The notes under the pieces are model-generated. The model was not told the DNA's origin, did not search any database, and saw only the letters and a list, made by a program, of their open reading frames with translations. Positions 56,547-64,000 of a stretch of 64,000 nt of DNA are shown here, one piece after another. The position numbers and the translations under genes are program-made. Source of the stretch: a plasmid; the sequence record NZ_CP025192.1; one strand, written 5' to 3'. The first letter of the stretch is position 1, and each line of letters opens with the position of its first letter.

Positions 56547-59500
56547 CTACTCCACCACGAACCGCAGTTTGGTGGTGTCCCTGCCCTTGCACCGGTCGCT
56601 CAGGAACGTCTCGAAACGCTTGCGCAGGTCCTCGGGCGTGGCCGGCGAACCGCCCTGGAGCAGCGCCTGCTTGATCTCGCCGCCGGTGACTGGGATCTTC
56701 TCGAGGCCTGACAGCGCCTCCTGCACCGCCGCGACGAAGTCCGAGCCCACCGGATCGGGAAGCGCCTTCGACGCGACGAACCCGTCGACCAGCTTCCGGG
56801 TCGCGGGCTTGAGCAGGTCGAAGTTCGCCTGGATTATCGGGTCTTCCAGGTTGTCCAGCAGCGTCTGCTGCCACCCATCGAGCAGCCGGTCGAGCTCGCC
56901 GTCCAGCTGCTTCAGCATGGTCGCTGCCGGCAGCATGTCGCCCTGTTCGCTCGTCGGCCGGAAGTGGCAGTGTGGGCAAACAGGACTGGCTGCGAGGTCC
57001 GCATCCATCAAAGAGTCGCAGCTCTTTAGCTTGCCGAGCTTGTCCTCGAAGCTGTCGAGCTGGCTGGTGGGCATCAAGGAAATGTTGCGGAGCACTCGCA
57101 TTGCGATCAGCCGACCGTCCTTGCGCAGAGCTTCCTTACTCTTGTTCTCCGCCACGCCGAGGCGCGCTCTGCTATGCTGCCCGACGTAGGCAGCAACGTA
57201 GTCTTTCTTCAGGCGTGCCAGGATTTGCCGGTACTCGCCTGCGTGCTGCGCAGTTCGATCGGTTGCGAGCCGCTCAAACACCTGCTTGCGCGCCGCTTGC
57301 GCCTGCTGCACCCAGGGATCATCGCCCGTCAGCACCATCTCGGCCTGCGAGAGGTAGCCGGCCGCGGTGCCCAATTCCGCGACGAGTTCCAGCATGCGTT
57401 CGACGGCGTCCAGCGCCTCCAGGTGCTTCTTTTGCGCCGCCACGTCGTCCGAGCCGACGCGCAGGTTCTTGAGCTTGCCCACCGTGTTGTACGGAGACAG
57501 ACTCTCCGCGAAGGCCTTCAGCGCATCCAGCTTCGCCCGCCAGTCGGCGAGCTCGTTCTCGCGCAGGAGCGGCTGCCCCCAGAAGCTCAGCCGTCCCGCC
57601 ATATCGGTCGTCGCGGCGAGCACGCGCCGCGTCAGCTTCGTGACCTCCTCCTGCAGCCGCTTGACCGGCTCGTCGGACCCCTGCGCGGCCTGCTGCGCGA
57701 GACCGGGCTGGAGGCCGAGCATCTCGAATAGCGCGCGAAGGACGGCGACGTTGATCTCCCGCGGGGCCTCGACGTGCTTAAACTGCCGGAGCTCGTCGAG
57801 CGGCCGCTCGGCGAGCAGCGCGATCTTGCCAGGATCGATCTTGTCGCCGGCGACCGCCAGCACGATGTCGCCCGAGTAGACGAGTGCGCCCAGCACCGCG
57901 ACGAGCAGATCGGGCTCTAGCCGGAACTTGAGCGGCGCGAAGTACTCGACGTCGGCGCCGCCGCTCAGCAGCTCGCCGCGGTTCAGCACCTGCCCGTGGC
58001 CCTTCGCCTTGAGACGCGAGAGGACCTCCTGCGCGTAGCGGGACCGCTCCGGGTCGAGGCGATCGCCGTCCAGCATCTCGAGGCCGTCCAGGATGACCAC
58101 CGCGTCCTTGGTGCGGGGCCCGCCGGCGAGGGCGCGCAGCGCGTTCCCAACGAGCTGCTTTCGGTTCGCCTCGGTCAGCAGCGCAGTGAACGTCGGGTAC
58201 TCGGGCGCCACCTCAGCGAACCGGTTGCCCAGCGCCACGCCGGCGATCACGTTCACCACGTCGCGGAAGTTGATGCGCTCGTCGGGCCGCAGCCGCGCCT
58301 TGTCGCGCAGCGAGATCCCCTTCGTCCACTCCTGTAGGGTCCGGGCCTTGCCCTGGTAGGTGACCTCGTAGGCCGCCATTTGCTTTTCCTGCAGCCACTT
58401 GCCCATCTCGCGCAGGGCGTCGTTCGCCTTGTCGAGGTAGACGCTTTTGGCGGCGCCGCTGGCGGTCGACGCGAGGTCCTGCGCAGCGGCGTAGCAGGAC
58501 AGGTGCCGCCTGATCGCGTCGTCGGGGCCCTTGAGCCGGAAGAACACCTCGTCGGCCTTGTGCTCGTCGCGAAAGCGCGGCGGCTCGAACGGCTGGATGA
58601 AGTAGATGTAGAAGTCGCGCTCGGGCTGCGCCGTCGGCCGGTCGTTCGGCGCGCCGAAGAAGAGGTAGCCGATGCGCTCGACGCGGCGCTCCTGCCACTC
58701 GATCTGGTACTGCCAGATCTGGTGGCCGGCGACGTAGGTGGTCTCGTCCGTGCGCTCCATGAGCTGGCGGACCGCGCTGAAGTAGGCGCGGTCGAGCGCG
58801 TCGTCCGAGAGCGCCTCGGCCCGCTTCTCGATCTGGGCGTCGTAGTCGACGTCCTTCTTTAAATCCAGGAAGTACTGGTCGGTGTCGGGCGCCCTGGAGA
58901 TGAACTGGCCGTTGACGGTCTTCAGCGTCTCGCGGAGGACGGTCTGCACCAGGGAAAGCAGGTCGGCGTCGGGCTCGCCGCCCATCGCGTCGATGCCCGG
59001 TTGGAACAGGCAGAGCGTGTCCCGCAGTTCGGTGGCGGTTGGCCCCACGGGCACGTAGATGTCCCCGCCCGTCGTCAGCCGGTGCACCGAGAGGCCGTTG
59101 ATGATCCGGAGCGCCATTGGCCGGTAGGCGGGACGGGTGAACGCCTTCCTTACCCGTTCGGACAGAACCTCGGAAACTTTCAGCACCGGCCCGATGCTCG
59201 GGTCGGCGCGGAGGACGGAGTTGGCCGTGATCGTGTCCCAGAACCTGTCGTAGCCGATCAGCCCCGGGCGGTCGCCCGGTACCTCGTCGTCCAGGATGTC
59301 CTGGATCTGGTCGCGGAGGGTGACCAGCGCGCCGCGCTTCTCGGCGAAGACCAGGCGCTCGAACGTCCCGATGTAGTCGGGGTGCACCGGGAACAGCCGC
59401 ACGTAGTCGTCCATGCGCTCGTTCATGGACCCGTAAAACTTGGAGAACGGCGCCAGGTACGCCCGGATCCGCTCCTGCTGGTCGGCGGTCTTCTTCAGCA

Positions 59501-60278
59501 GACGCTCCGCCACGACGAAGCTGACGTCCTGCCGGGCGAGCAGGATCTGCGTGAACCGGTCCTTCACGCGGCGCAGGCTGTCGGCCACGTGCTGGAAGCG
59601 GCTGCTGTCGAAGACCGCCTCCTGGACGCCGGCGACGAAGCGGAACCTCAGGTGCTTCGTGACCTCGCCGATCTCCCGCAGGAAGGACAGGTCGAGGACG
59701 AGGTCGTGGTCCCTCCGGGACCGCAGGTACTCGAGGAACTCGTCGACGACGAGGAGTACGCCCTGGTTTGGGTGGCGCTCGGCGAAGGCCGCCATCATCT
59801 CCTCGAAGGCGGCCTTGTTGTTGATGACCTTGTTGGCCGGCGGGAAGACGTAGCTTACCCCGTTCTTCTCTAAGAAGATCTCGAGCTGCTGCGTGACGAT
59901 GTCCCGCAGGGACATCTGGCTCGAGATCTCGATGCGGTGCACCTTGAACTTCCCGGCGATCGCCGCGGCCGCCTCGGCGACCTTAGGATGGCGGATCATC
60001 GGGACGTACGCGGCGTCTTCGGCCACCAGCGAGAGTACCGACATGAGGTGCGACTTGCCGGTGCCGTAGTTCCCGACGACGAGCACCCCCTTGTGGTCCA
60101 CCGCCTCGTCGAACGAGAGCTGCGGGACGATGAGCTTCGCGATCCGCTCAGCCATGTCGTCCGAGATCACGTAGGTCGACACCAGCTTCCGCGCCTCGTC
60201 CGGGCGGTTGGCGTCCAGAAGTTGGATGACGGACTCGATCGGCTCGAACTGGATCAGGTCGCCATAGCGCATCGGCAT
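56547..60278 (-). CDS. brxC: BrxC/PglY, the large P-loop ATPase of BREX (1243 aa).
   Basis: Walker A VVGNYGTGKSHLMS, Walker B LLVVDEF; about 1200 aa with long helical C-terminus; start MPMRYGDLIQFEPIESV with AGGAAAG ribosome-binding site 14 nt after the brxF stop. Confidence 0.65.
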   Translation of the reverse strand: MPMRYGDLIQFEPIESVIQLLDANRPDEARKLVSTYVISDDMAERIAKLIVPQLSFDEAVDHKGVLVVGNYGTGKSHLMSVLSLVAEDAAYVPMIRHPKVAEAAAAIAGKFKVHRIEISSQMSLRDIVTQQLEIFLEKNGVSYVFPPANKVINNKAAFEEMMAAFAERHPNQGVLLVVDEFLEYLRSRRDHDLVLDLSFLREIGEVTKHLRFRFVAGVQEAVFDSSRFQHVADSLRRVKDRFTQILLARQDVSFVVAERLLKKTADQQERIRAYLAPFSKFYGSMNERMDDYVRLFPVHPDYIGTFERLVFAEKRGALVTLRDQIQDILDDEVPGDRPGLIGYDRFWDTITANSVLRADPSIGPVLKVSEVLSERVRKAFTRPAYRPMALRIINGLSVHRLTTGGDIYVPVGPTATELRDTLCLFQPGIDAMGGEPDADLLSLVQTVLRETLKTVNGQFISRAPDTDQYFLDLKKDVDYDAQIEKRAEALSDDALDRAYFSAVRQLMERTDETTYVAGHQIWQYQIEWQERRVERIGYLFFGAPNDRPTAQPERDFYIYFIQPFEPPRFRDEHKADEVFFRLKGPDDAIRRHLSCYAAAQDLASTASGAAKSVYLDKANDALREMGKWLQEKQMAAYEVTYQGKARTLQEWTKGISLRDKARLRPDERINFRDVVNVIAGVALGNRFAEVAPEYPTFTALLTEANRKQLVGNALRALAGGPRTKDAVVILDGLEMLDGDRLDPERSRYAQEVLSRLKAKGHGQVLNRGELLSGGADVEYFAPLKFRLEPDLLVAVLGALVYSGDIVLAVAGDKIDPGKIALLAERPLDELRQFKHVEAPREINVAVLRALFEMLGLQPGLAQQAAQGSDEPVKRLQEEVTKLTRRVLAATTDMAGRLSFWGQPLLRENELADWRAKLDALKAFAESLSPYNTVGKLKNLRVGSDDVAAQKKHLEALDAVERMLELVAELGTAAGYLSQAEMVLTGDDPWVQQAQAARKQVFERLATDRTAQHAGEYRQILARLKKDYVAAYVGQHSRARLGVAENKSKEALRKDGRLIAMRVLRNISLMPTSQLDSFEDKLGKLKSCDSLMDADLAASPVCPHCHFRPTSEQGDMLPAATMLKQLDGELDRLLDGWQQTLLDNLEDPIIQANFDLLKPATRKLVDGFVASKALPDPVGSDFVAAVQEALSGLEKIPVTGGEIKQALLQGGSPATPEDLRKRFETFLSDRCKGRDTTKLRFVVE

Positions 60279-60291
60279 CCGGTCTTTCCTG

Positions 60292-60831
60292 CTAACCAAC
60301 ATTGAACGGCACCCACCCTTCCGTGCCGTAGTTCTGGTGCTCCGGGTGGCCCGGCACCGCGTAGACCAGACGCCCGTCCCGCAGCTCTCCCGGCCAAGCG
60401 GCGACGACGCGGCGCCCGTGGGAGTGCCGCCTCATCAGGTCCAGGGGACTGAGCCGTAGGGTCCAGTCGAAGAGGAGCTCTATGTTGTCCCAGAGCAGCA
60501 GGTCACGGCCGACCGTCCCGTCGGCCAGTTCCTTCAGCAGGTCGGGAGCCATGAGGTGCCGTTGGGACGCGGGCAGCGGGACGAGGAGGCGGCCGAGAGC
60601 CTCGCCCAGCCGCATGACGGGGGCATTCCGGCGCGTGGAAAGCTGCCCCAGCAGCTTGCTCTTGCCGGATCCCGGAGGACCGACGAGGAGCACGAGCTTG
60701 CTATTCAAGCCCGCGACGTCTTCGACGAGGCGCTCAAGGATGTCGATCACGGTACGCGCCTTGAACAGAGCCGAAGGTTCCGACCTCGAGCCGCATCGAG
60801 CGCCGACGCGAGGCTCTCTGGCGGAGGGCAC
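60292..60831 (-). CDS. brxF: BrxF-like small P-loop ATPase, first structural gene of type 3 BREX (179 aa).
   Basis: Walker A LVGPPGSGKSKL; size; position directly upstream of brxC. Confidence 0.45.
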   Translation of the reverse strand: MPSAREPRVGARCGSRSEPSALFKARTVIDILERLVEDVAGLNSKLVLLVGPPGSGKSKLLGQLSTRRNAPVMRLGEALGRLLVPLPASQRHLMAPDLLKELADGTVGRDLLLWDNIELLFDWTLRLSPLDLMRRHSHGRRVVAAWPGELRDGRLVYAVPGHPEHQNYGTEGWVPFNVG

Positions 60832-60859
60832 GGAGCGGCTCGATCAGGGGTGCTCATCG

Positions 60860-61060
60860 TCAGGATTTGGACTGGGCAGGCACAGGGCGGACGGGGGATG
60901 AGCGACCCGCCTCGATCGCCTTGAGGCGGTCGAACTCCTCGAAGGCCATCACCACGACGACCGGTCGTCCGTGCTTGGCGACGATCAGCGGCTCGATCCG
61001 GGCGAGGTCGATCAGCCGACCGAACCCGTACTTCGCCTCCTTGGCGGTCAGCGTCTTCAT
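60860..61060 (-). CDS. Phd/YefM-like antitoxin-fold protein (66 aa) with no adjacent toxin, 28 nt upstream of brxF.
   Basis: MKTLTAKEAKYGFGRLIDLARIEPLIVAKHGRPVVVVMAFEEFDRL is the Phd/YefM signature; ATG 61060. Confidence 0.5.
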   Translation of the reverse strand: MKTLTAKEAKYGFGRLIDLARIEPLIVAKHGRPVVVVMAFEEFDRLKAIEAGRSSPVRPVPAQSKS

Positions 61061-61359
61061 GCTCCACTCCGGATACGAGACGACCATCGGCCAAAATGGC
61101 CAAAATTTCAATCTCCGCGGGATGAGCAGACCCGGCACCGCGCCGTGCGGGCGGGGTGACTTGCCGGTGCAGGGCATGCGGCCCGTTGGCAAGTACTGGT
61201 CCGCTCATGGAGATGACGACTGCCAGCAGGATTGCCTGCTCGCGCCGAGGCAAGCCCACCGCATATCGAATAGATGCTAGCAATTACCTTGTTGGCGCTA
61301 GCTTGAGGATGCTACGACCTGCGTGATGACGTGCGTCGGTAGGGCCGAAGGGGGACGGA

Positions 61360-62022
61360 GTGGCTGCGACGGTGCTGACGGTGGCGTCCACAAAGGGCGG
61401 CGCCGGCAAGACGACGATCGTGATGGCGCTCGCCGGCACCCTCGCCGCCGAGGGGCTGCGCGTCGCTGTCGTGGACGCAGACCCGAACCGCGCCTACGCC
61501 TCCTGGGCCGAGCAGGCCTACGAGGGCCCCGCCATCGCGGTCCGCGCCGAGGCAGACGAGGCGCGGCTCGCGGCGGCGATCGACGAGCTATCGCCCCAGG
61601 CCGACCTGGTCCTGGTGGACACGGCCGGCTTCGGCAACCGCGCCGCCCTGCTCGCCATGGCCGCGGCCGACGCCGTGCTCGTGCCCTGCACCCCGAGCCG
61701 CGCCGACGTCGAGCAGGCCGCTAAGACACTGGAACTGGTGGATGGCGCCGCTCGGGCGGCGCGGCGCGCCATCCCCGCGCGCGTTGTTCCATCGCGCCTG
61801 AAGCAGGCGACCGCGGTGTCGCGCCATGCGGTGGCCGAGCTCGACGCGGCCGCCCTCCCCCGCACCGCCGCCGGGGTCGGCGACCGCGTCGCCTTCGCCG
61901 AGATGACCTTCTCCGGCCGCGTCCCCGCCGGCGGCGACGCCGGGCAGGAGGTCGCGAAGCTGGTCGCGGAGCTGCGCAAGCTCGGCTGGTTGCCGCCCAA
62001 GCCGAGGGCGGCTCGCGCGTAG
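61360..62022 (+). CDS. parA: ParA/Soj-family partition ATPase (220 aa).
   Basis: Deviant Walker A STKGGAGKTT; GTG start with GGGGGACGGAG ribosome-binding site. Confidence 0.75.
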   Translation: MAATVLTVASTKGGAGKTTIVMALAGTLAAEGLRVAVVDADPNRAYASWAEQAYEGPAIAVRAEADEARLAAAIDELSPQADLVLVDTAGFGNRAALLAMAAADAVLVPCTPSRADVEQAAKTLELVDGAARAARRAIPARVVPSRLKQATAVSRHAVAELDAAALPRTAAGVGDRVAFAEMTFSGRVPAGGDAGQEVAKLVAELRKLGWLPPKPRAARA

Positions 62023-62064
62023 CGCCTATATGCTAGCAGGTATGAGCAAGCACGAGGACCTACC

Positions 62065-62412
62065 ATGTCCAGCAAGGGCCTGAAGCCTGCCATTGCCCGT
62101 CCCTCCGCGCGGGAAGCACTCGCCGCCGCGGACGCCGTCGCCCAGCAGGCCGGGCTGCCGCCCGCCGCCCTCTCGCCACGCCCCCCACCCCCTGCCCCGG
62201 CTGCTCCTCCCTCGGCGCCGCCCGAAGAGGAACTCGTGCAGGTGAACATTCGCGTCCGCCGCGGCCTCGGCGACCAGCTCGCGGATAGGGCGCGGGCGGA
62301 TGGTACGACGCAGAAGGTGCTGGTCTGCCGGGCGCTCGCGGCCGCCGGCTTCGACGTGCATCCGGAGGACCTCCGGGCGACCCCCGCGCCGCGCCGCCGC
62401 GGCAGCAGCTAG
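62065..62412 (+). CDS. parG: Ribbon-helix-helix (ParG/CopG-like) partition/centromere-binding protein (115 aa).
   Basis: C-terminal RHH ...VQVNIRVRRGLGDQLADRARADGTTQKVLVCRALAAAGF...; follows parA. Confidence 0.5.
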   Translation: MSSKGLKPAIARPSAREALAAADAVAQQAGLPPAALSPRPPPPAPAAPPSAPPEEELVQVNIRVRRGLGDQLADRARADGTTQKVLVCRALAAAGFDVHPEDLRATPAPRRRGSS

Positions 62413-62499
62413 CAGCTACGGAGATGGTGTCGGTAGCGTACGAACCGAAGCGCCATCTCCCCTCCCCCGCCGAGCGCCTTCGGAGCCAAACGCATCACG

Positions 62500-62640
62500 G
62501 GTCGGAAATTCGTACCCTGGTGACGCTCTGGTGCGGACCGATCCGGTATCGGTTACCCACAGCCGATTCGTACCTTGGTGACGCCAGTTCGTACCCGACC
62601 GACGCAGGACGAGTCGTCCCCCGTACCCTGGTGACGCATC
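62500..62640. repeat. Three direct iterons TTCGTACC(C/T)TGGTGACGC (plus degenerate copies) upstream of repA; a putative oriV.
   Basis: Copies at about 62507, 62566 and 62619; related inverted half-sites (GGTACGAATT, GAGTACGAGCC) follow. Confidence 0.5.
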
Positions 62641-62775
62641 CAAATATGGATTCAATTAGCTTTCCTAGGACCGTCAGCAGAGTACGAGCCGGCACAGGGG
62701 AAAAACCTCGCCCGGAAGAGGCGTCGGCAGGGTACGAATTGCGCCAGCTGCCCTGGATGTGCAGCGTGCTCCCGC

Positions 62776-63786
62776 ATGGACGATTCCACCGACACCGCTT
62801 GGCCGCTTTCCGTGGGAGCCGACGAGGCCCTTGAAGGGCGCCTGCGCGGCCGGCTCGAGGTTCTAGGCATCCAGCAGGCGCTCAATCTCGCCCCGACGGC
62901 CCTCGACCGGCGCTGCATCGAGGCCATCCACATGGTCCTTACCGACGAGGATGGTGCGCCCAACTTCGTGCACGCCGGCTTCGCAATGACCGCCCTCCCT
63001 CACAAGCGCATCGAGGCAACTGAATGGGTCCGCGACGGCGCCGACATCCGCCTGCGGATCGAGAGCGGCAAGACCCATGACGGAACGGCGGTCGGGGTAC
63101 CGTTCGGCTATGTGGCCCGCCTGATCCTCCTCTATCTGCAGACGGAGGCCATCAAGACCCGCTCCCGTGAGGTCGAGCTCGGCCGCTCCATGCACAGCTG
63201 GCTGAAGGCAATGGGCCTGAACAGCGGCGGCAAGGGCTACGAAGCGGTCCGCGAGCAGAGCCGGCGCCTCAGCCTCTGCCGGCTGACCTTCTATCGGATC
63301 GGCGAGGGCGGCGAGGCCGTGATGAACGGCGGCTTCGTCCGGGAGGCGATCCTGCCAGGCAGGGACAGCGGCGGCACGCAGCTCTCCCTCTGGCGGGAGA
63401 CGGTCGTGCTCGACGAGGTGTTCTACGAAAGCCTCATCCGACACCCCCTCCCCGTCCGCGAGACCGCCATTCGGGCGCTGGCCGGCCGGAGCATGGCGAT
63501 CGACCTCTACATCTGGCTCGCCTACCGGCTCCACCATTTGGCGAAGCCGACTCGGGTACCATGGCCGGCGCTCTACCGACAGTTCGGCGCGGGCTTCGCG
63601 CTCCAGCGTCAGTTCAAGGCGCACGCGCGCGAGGCGCTCGCCCTCGCCCTCTCCGCCTACCCGGAGGCGCAGGTGCGGGTGGACGACGAGGCCATCACCC
63701 TCATGCCCTCCCCTGCCCCGGTCCCCGAGCGCGCACGGGCGCCCGCCGCGAGCGCCGTGCCGAAACGCCTACTGCATAGGCGGTAG
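62776..63786 (+). CDS. repA: Plasmid replication initiator RepA (RPA family, PF10134-like), 336 aa.
   Basis: Iterons upstream; similarity in outline to alphaproteobacterial RepA (…LPHKRI…WVRDGADIRLRIESG…); downstream of parAG. Family call at moderate confidence. Confidence 0.5.
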   Translation: MDDSTDTAWPLSVGADEALEGRLRGRLEVLGIQQALNLAPTALDRRCIEAIHMVLTDEDGAPNFVHAGFAMTALPHKRIEATEWVRDGADIRLRIESGKTHDGTAVGVPFGYVARLILLYLQTEAIKTRSREVELGRSMHSWLKAMGLNSGGKGYEAVREQSRRLSLCRLTFYRIGEGGEAVMNGGFVREAILPGRDSGGTQLSLWRETVVLDEVFYESLIRHPLPVRETAIRALAGRSMAIDLYIWLAYRLHHLAKPTRVPWPALYRQFGAGFALQRQFKAHAREALALALSAYPEAQVRVDDEAITLMPSPAPVPERARAPAASAVPKRLLHRR

Positions 63787-64000
63787 AAGCTAGCAGGTAG
63801 GTGCTGCGGGATTGGCCGGGCGACTCAACAAGAAGGTCCTCCTCCTCATCGACGAGTACGGGACCGTCGGCGCCGAGGATCTCTAGCTCGGCGCCGTGGT
63901 TGCCCTGGCGCGCGGCGGCCCCGCCCGGTGCTCTACGCGGCCGCCGTCGTCGAGACGGCGAACGCCGGGCTCGCCCGGTTCGGGCGCGAGACGATCGGCA

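Noticed and set aside
62500-62640. Possible CRISPR-like repeats.
   Set aside because: There are only three imperfect 18-bp direct repeats with irregular 40-60-bp spacing, directly upstream of repA. These are iterons, not a CRISPR array, and no cas genes are present.

Overview
This is a high-GC (about 65-70%) window that reads like part of a conjugative plasmid or other large mobile replicon from an alphaproteobacterium-like host. It holds four blocks. (1) Positions 1-24900 carry a Dot/Icm-type (type IVB, IncI-like MPF_I) secretion/conjugation gene cluster. On the minus strand the order is icmL-icmK-dotG-dotF-icmC-icmD-icmJ-icmB-dotD-dotC-dotB-icmT-...-dotM. The plus strand carries a traW/X/Y(dotA)-like block. 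The minus-strand operon is headed by an XRE regulator and a protein built of tandem GcrA-like DNA-binding repeats. A 12-nt box (CCGTTCGCATCG) recurs at least 11 times about 40-65 nt upstream of start codons in this block. (2) Positions 24900-44300 are an accessory/scar region: two VapBC-type toxin-antitoxin pairs, a DsbC-like CxxS thioredoxin-fold protein, a FIST sensor protein, an IS nest (IS6, IS5-family remnant, IS4 with a 9-bp target-site duplication), two paralogous tyrosine recombinases, a UDG-superfamily gene, and an ISL3 that truncates a TonB-dependent receptor. (3) Positions 44400-61060 are a defence island: a DUF262-DUF1524 (GmrSD/SspE-like) nuclease beside a complete type 3 BREX operon (brxF-brxC-pglXI-brxHII-pglZ-brxA). 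The BREX operon carries an extra, translationally coupled AlbA_2/Schlafen-like gene between brxC and pglXI, has a Phd/YefM-like gene at its head, and its pglXI segment is distinctly lower in GC. (4) Positions 61300-63800 are a plasmid maintenance module: parA, an RHH parG-like gene, iterons and an RPA-type repA. No rRNA, tRNA or CRISPR array was recognised. Coordinates come from the ORF track plus manual start-codon refinement; my manual indexing disagreed with the track by 1 nt in at least one stretch (about 9324-9540), so hand-indexed positions carry roughly 1-2 nt uncertainty and motif coordinates are approximate.
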